Below are positions 59,180 to 64,000 of a DNA stretch of 64,000 nucleotides, one piece after another; position 1 is the stretch's first letter; every line of letters begins with the position of its first letter. The stretch comes from Lentisphaerota bacterium (lineage in GTDB: Bacteria > Verrucomicrobiota > Kiritimatiellia > RFP12 > UBA1067): contig SUWC01000003.1 in assembly GCA_015061665.1 (NCBI GenBank), positions 23,292-87,291 on the forward strand, written 5' to 3'. A program made the translations under genes and the position numbers. The notes under the pieces are model-generated. The model made no database searches, had not been told where the DNA came from, and worked only from the letters and a program-made list of their open reading frames with translations.

Positions 59180-60304
59180 TTAGTGCTGATTCTCATTGTC
59201 TGAGCTAAATCCTTGTCTAAAAACACCGACTTCCTCCCGACCCTTTATCCGCTTTATCGCCGCCTCGACCGCGGCAGAGCGCCGTGCGTCGCCCTTGAAG
59301 CGCTCTATAAGCGCGATGTCATCCGCGTTGCCAAGAAGCCCGATGGAGCCGATGCAGACCGTGTCGAGAACGGCGTCGCGCTTTTCACCAGAAAGCGTCT
59401 CGCGCAAGACCGGCAGAACCTCGACGTATCCTCGCTGCCCCGCAAGCTGTATCGCCGCGATGCGCGCGCCGTTGTGGGCGCAAGGCTTGCAGAGCGCGAG
59501 CGTCAGCCGCTTCAGCACCCCTTCTTCCGCAGCAGTCGCTCGCTTGTCCTCCGCGAGCGAATAGAGCGCAGTCCCTGCGTATGGCTTAGTCTTCTCGCGT
59601 GCCGCCTTCACCAATACTCCGCGCACACGCGCCCGTCTTTCGTCATCCAACTCATTCACCATCGCCCCCAAATGCTGAATACAGTAGTCGATCACAACCG
59701 GCGGATGTATGGTGTTACCCGGTAGGGACGGCGTTCCATCGCCGTCCGTATCACGTGACCGCGCCGGTAGGGTCGCCGTTCCATCGACGACCGCGGCTGG
59801 CGATGGAACGCCAGCCCTACCCGGCCCGATATTTCCCTCTATCATCGCCATCAACGTCTCCGCTAATCCTTCCACCATCGGCTCCTGACGCCGCAACAAA
59901 TTCATCACGTCATTCTTAAGCGCAGCCACTCGCTCGACCCGCATCGCATCGTCCGCCCGGCGCAGATACGCCATCAACGCCGCGACATCATCTTTCGCCA
60001 AATCCCTCCGTCGCGCAATCGACCTGAGCGCGTCGTTCCGCGCCTCGTATCGGTAGGCAGTCGCGGAATCCGCCCCGCAGACGATTGCGACGGCAGCAGA
60101 CGCTTCGACGACTTCATGATCCACCGTCTCCGTCTTCCGCTCCACCGCCTTGACGCGCACCTCGGCGGGCGTCTGCGACACCGATGCTTCCGGCATCGGC
60201 AGTGCCGGCTGCCGCTCGCGAATCGCAACCACAACCGCCGCCGCAATCAGCAGCGCAGTCCCGCAGGCAATTACTGTTATCCGAAATTTCATCTTACAAT
60301 TCAT
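59180..60304 (-). CDS. Membrane-anchored HEAT-like repeat protein with an in-frame triple GTAG-palindrome insert
   Basis: N-terminal TM helix and helical repeats (RIAAIQLAG, CIGSIGLLG). Confidence 0.65.
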   Translation of the reverse strand: MNCKMKFRITVIACGTALLIAAAVVVAIRERQPALPMPEASVSQTPAEVRVKAVERKTETVDHEVVEASAAVAIVCGADSATAYRYEARNDALRSIARRRDLAKDDVAALMAYLRRADDAMRVERVAALKNDVMNLLRRQEPMVEGLAETLMAMIEGNIGPGRAGVPSPAAVVDGTATLPARSRDTDGDGTPSLPGNTIHPPVVIDYCIQHLGAMVNELDDERRARVRGVLVKAAREKTKPYAGTALYSLAEDKRATAAEEGVLKRLTLALCKPCAHNGARIAAIQLAGQRGYVEVLPVLRETLSGEKRDAVLDTVCIGSIGLLGNADDIALIERFKGDARRSAAVEAAIKRIKGREEVGVFRQGFSSDNENQH

Positions 60305-60379
60305 AAAGCCTCACAGCTCAACTTCTCAGCAATCTACAGTCGAGCATATACAGTAAAACTTATACAGAAAAGCCCGACC

Positions 60380-60672
60380 CTTTTGTCTTCCGCAATCGAC
60401 CTGAGCGCGTCATTCCGCGCCTCGTAGAGGTCTGCGGTCGCCTCGTCCATGCCACACACGATGGCGACAGCGGCGGACGCCGCGGCCACCTCACCCTGCT
60501 CCACCGGCCCCGTCTTCCGCTCCACCGCCTTGACGCGCACATCGGCTGGCGTCTGCGCCACCGGCACCTCCGGCGACGGCAATGGTTGCCGGCGCTCGCG
60601 CAAAGCAACCACAACCGCCGCCGCAATCAGAAGCGCAATTCCGAATGCAACCACTATCTTCCGTCTAATCAT
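60380..60672 (-). pseudogene. Truncated duplicate of the 5' part of 59180-60304
   Basis: LLIAAAVVVA..VRVKAVERKT..YEARNDALRSIA is shared. Confidence 0.85.
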
Positions 60673-60767
60673 CTTGCTGTTCGCGCAATCCCAATAATGC
60701 CATCGCCTATAGTCAAGTATATGCAGTGATACTTATACAAAATGTTCTGACCTTTTCAGGCTATCAT

Positions 60768-61352
60768 TCACATGGTTAGCTTCGCACTATAGTACCTTCT
60801 GTCTACAACCCCTGTCATCTCGTACCCCCTCAAAAAGCCATATCCTCCGACAACCAACCGGTTGCCATTCACTTCAATGACTCTAGTCGCATTCACAGAC
60901 CCATTTGTCACACACATAGAAAATTCGTCATTAGTAATCCGCTCCACGACAGGACAGGCTTCCCGGTTCGAGCTGGAATTATCCCGCCAATCGCATGTTA
61001 TTCTAAACAATTCCCGCTCACTCTCTCGCGCAGTGTGCAAGGCAATTAGCGCCCCTTTTTGCGGAGTCCGCCACCAGATAGTGCTTCTACCATCATGAAA
61101 CGACACGAGCAAATGAGTATGTGGATCGGACTTGCCGTCAGAGTCTCCGTGAACAATGCTAAACGGGCAAACAATGCCTTGCTCGGATAGATACACTTCT
61201 TGATCGTAATAACTTTTCCCCATGAAATCAGGGTTGGGATTACCCTTCGTGTATGGTAGTTTGCACCATGAGACGCGAATTGGATATTCCGGGGCTATTG
61301 GCTCATCGCAACCAATAATGAAAGCAAATGCCAAGATACATAACCGTTTCAT
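60768..61352 (-). CDS. Putative cognate immunity lipoprotein
   Basis: Start overlaps the Rhs stop. Lipobox-like LAFAFIIGC and AT-rich. Confidence 0.6.
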   Translation of the reverse strand: MKRLCILAFAFIIGCDEPIAPEYPIRVSWCKLPYTKGNPNPDFMGKSYYDQEVYLSEQGIVCPFSIVHGDSDGKSDPHTHLLVSFHDGRSTIWWRTPQKGALIALHTARESERELFRITCDWRDNSSSNREACPVVERITNDEFSMCVTNGSVNATRVIEVNGNRLVVGGYGFLRGYEMTGVVDRRYYSAKLTM

Positions 61353-64000
61353 TTCTTATCGCCTCCCTTAGCCGTTGAACTTGTCGGAGAGGGTGCCTTT
61401 AGTTCAACACCCCCTTTACTCAGCAATTGATCAGCCATATCCTTAGGATTTGGACACTTTTGATTAGGGATAAAGATACTTACTTCAATCTCGCCCTCCC
61501 CTTTTGGAACATCTATGCCGTGTCCTATCAAGAACGTCACGGTCTCTGTAGTACAATAAGTTGAAAGCGAAAAGTTGGGCTGATACCACTTAGCCATGCT
61601 ATCTTTGATTGCTTTGCATTTTTTCGAATCAAGCGAATAGCATTTTTTCACAACCTTATACTCCTTCAAATTAGAATATGTGGAAACATCCCAATAACCT
61701 GACGGAACACCTATTTCGAGAGCCTCCTTACTATTTCCTCCACTTATAGGACCGAATGAAAAAGTATTCTCCTCATCAACATCAACAAAACCATTTTCAT
61801 CTGTATTACAACCCTCTACTTGGAACCAAGTATGGCCACTCCAGCCTCCGCTAAGAGAAAGAGGACCAGGGCCGGAGTGAGTTCGTTTAATAGCGGAATA
61901 AACACAAACTTTGCAACAGCAGTCTTCAAGGCCTAGCAAGTCGATTGAAATTGTATTTTTCACGAAAGCAATCAAATTCAACCCAGATGCCTCTCCCCCC
62001 GGATCCCTGCTTAACCACCTTCCCGCCACATGATCATATTGGCGATAGTTGTAGTAGACGAGGTAAAGGTCGGCTTCGGAAAATTCAGAACTGAAGCACC
62101 ATGGATTCGCGGCGGAGGAATCTCCAGAGGAAAATATCACCGCGCCGAACGGAGCATAGTCATAGTGCGCCGTAGTTGTTCCGTTGACGTCGACCACATC
62201 ACTCACGTTCTTGTTGCCGTCATGAGTGTAGAAGCTAATAGTTGGTGATTGGTGCTTGGTCCACGTGAGCGGTCGGGTTGCAACAGTCTCAGTCGGATCC
62301 CAGACATATGCATTGCCGTTGTTGTCTACGATCTGAAGGTAATCGTCATAAACGAACCGCCTTTCGTTCTTCGCTACACGCCGTCCAATTCGATCAAAGG
62401 ACATCGTGATGACGGCATCGCCGCTCTTCCAGCGCACCGGACGATTCTCGCCATTGTAGGTGACTGACCAGATGCCAGTCACGGTCTTGATGAGGGTCTG
62501 GTTGCCATCGTCATCGAACTGGGGGATGAAATCATCGACGACAGTATACTGGTTAAGCGAGTTAGCCGTGTAGACGGAATTGGTTCCGCGTTCGGACGAT
62601 GTCTCGCGGTTGCCGATGTCGTCGAAGTCGTAAGCGTAGCGGTAGTCTGAGTCAACGGCAGCTACGGCGTTTGTCAATTCACTGCGATTGTTGTAGCCGT
62701 ACGAGAGAGTGTCGTTCTTCGCGAATGCGCTTCCGGACTTCCCGCAAGCGACACGGCGACCAGCAGCATCATAGGTGTAATCGTACTGCGAAATGATATT
62801 GGTCGGAGTCGCATTGCAGACCTGAAGCAACAGGTTGTTGGCATCATAAGTCCAAGTGGCGGTAAGACCGTTGGGGTAAGCGAGGGAGGACTTGAGATCG
62901 GAGCCGTCAAGATAGTTCCACACAAACGAAGTTTCGCTTCCGTCGGCGAGCATCGACGCGAGACGGCCGGTGGCGGAATCGTAGGCGAGGGTGGACTGGC
63001 GCTGCGGCTGGCAGGGGGCTGCCAGCCCTACCAAACTGTAGCCTTGTGAACGGCCATAGTTATCCCAATGGCGTATGATCGTGTTCGTGCCAGCGACGCC
63101 GATCACGGTTTCATTGGTAAGCGAGCCGAAGGAGTCATAGAGGAGGGTTGTCACACCAGCTGCGTCATGGGCTTCTACTTGATGTCCCATTGCGTCGTAG
63201 AATAGCGAAACGGATGGGGTGTCATCGGAGTATACGGTGTTCGTAAGATTGTTCCAACCGTCGTACGTATAATCCGTCACGATTCCTCGCGCCCATGTGC
63301 GCCGAGAGAGTTTGCCATAAGGCGTATAGCTATACGTCGGGCCTTTACCGTCAGCGTAGACCTTGTTCGTCATACAACCAGAACCTTCATCGTAGAGCCA
63401 AGTAGTTAAATCACCTGAGTCAGGTCCTATCGACTCGTTGCGATAGGTCATCATCGTGGTCTTGTTGCCGAAGATGTTGTATGTGTAGCGCACAGGGTAG
63501 GTTGCGCCACCTTCATAGGACTTGCGGCCACGGAGATCGTATTCGTAGATTGTGGCGTGGCCGAGAGGATCGGTGACCGAAGCGAGATTGCCGAACTGGT
63601 CGTAGGCGTAGGTTGTGCGGTTGCCGAGGGCATCGATGGATGCGGATTGTTGGCCAAGGGAGTTGTACTCGGTGTGGCGTGTGTTGCCACGACCGTCGGT
63701 GTGAGAGATTGCGCGGCCGAGAGAGTCGTAGGCGACTGTATTAGTGACGGCAGAAACGGAAACATCCATCATGGAGACACCATAACGGGAAACCGAAAGC
63801 GGCTTGTTGGTTGCGTATGGAAGCGTTTGCCGGGAGGCAACAATCGCCGAACCTATAAGAGTCTCGTTTTCAGTCACATTGCCGCGGATGTCAGTCGAAC
63901 GCGAACGAGCGGGAAGCGCGGGGGTGAGGCCAGTGAGTTGGCGCTCGGAGGAAGTGAGGAGCGGCGCGATGGCGGCATCGGAACAGGAGACGATGTTGGT
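61349..64000 (-). CDS. Rhs/YD-repeat polymorphic toxin (5' partial)
   Basis: YD repeats, YYNYRQYD..GRWLSRDP, DLLGL cleavage motif, AT-rich C-terminal tip. The frame is open to the window end. Confidence 0.95.
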   Translation of the reverse strand, partial: TNIVSCSDAAIAPLLTSSERQLTGLTPALPARSRSTDIRGNVTENETLIGSAIVASRQTLPYATNKPLSVSRYGVSMMDVSVSAVTNTVAYDSLGRAISHTDGRGNTRHTEYNSLGQQSASIDALGNRTTYAYDQFGNLASVTDPLGHATIYEYDLRGRKSYEGGATYPVRYTYNIFGNKTTMMTYRNESIGPDSGDLTTWLYDEGSGCMTNKVYADGKGPTYSYTPYGKLSRRTWARGIVTDYTYDGWNNLTNTVYSDDTPSVSLFYDAMGHQVEAHDAAGVTTLLYDSFGSLTNETVIGVAGTNTIIRHWDNYGRSQGYSLVGLAAPCQPQRQSTLAYDSATGRLASMLADGSETSFVWNYLDGSDLKSSLAYPNGLTATWTYDANNLLLQVCNATPTNIISQYDYTYDAAGRRVACGKSGSAFAKNDTLSYGYNNRSELTNAVAAVDSDYRYAYDFDDIGNRETSSERGTNSVYTANSLNQYTVVDDFIPQFDDDGNQTLIKTVTGIWSVTYNGENRPVRWKSGDAVITMSFDRIGRRVAKNERRFVYDDYLQIVDNNGNAYVWDPTETVATRPLTWTKHQSPTISFYTHDGNKNVSDVVDVNGTTTAHYDYAPFGAVIFSSGDSSAANPWCFSSEFSEADLYLVYYNYRQYDHVAGRWLSRDPGGEASGLNLIAFVKNTISIDLLGLEDCCCKVCVYSAIKRTHSGPGPLSLSGGWSGHTWFQVEGCNTDENGFVDVDEENTFSFGPISGGNSKEALEIGVPSGYWDVSTYSNLKEYKVVKKCYSLDSKKCKAIKDSMAKWYQPNFSLSTYCTTETVTFLIGHGIDVPKGEGEIEVSIFIPNQKCPNPKDMADQLLSKGGVELKAPSPTSSTAKGGDKK

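Overview
GC-rich bacterial chromosome window; the gene style suggests a PVC-group (Kiritimatiellia-like) anaerobe, which is an inference only. Positions 1-44.7 kb are mostly housekeeping: a nitrogen/glutamine cluster (glnA type III-purF-carA-pyrG-carB; two glutamate-cysteine-ligase-like genes plus a class II amidotransferase; glnK-amtB-porin; truncated nadE; pdxST; gltD-gltB-LysR) with four sigma54 promoters, an MNT-HEPN toxin-antitoxin pair, a tandem GH43 gene, a trp operon with a WW leader peptide and attenuator, and an acyl-CoA dehydrogenase. Positions 44.7-64 kb are a decaying Rhs toxin/immunity region with MITEs, duplicated modules and remnants of a RAYT-like (Y1 HUH) transposase. The most unusual signal: about 24 short palindromic or tandem-repeat elements of at least six sequence families sit IN FRAME inside carB, pyrG, carA, purF, gltB and gltD. 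They add peptides such as TGFTGLTG...[19 protein letters not shown]...[14 protein letters not shown] and [16 protein letters not shown] saw none in the neighbouring trp, GH43, amtB or acyl-CoA dehydrogenase genes. All coordinates were read by eye and may be off by a few bases.
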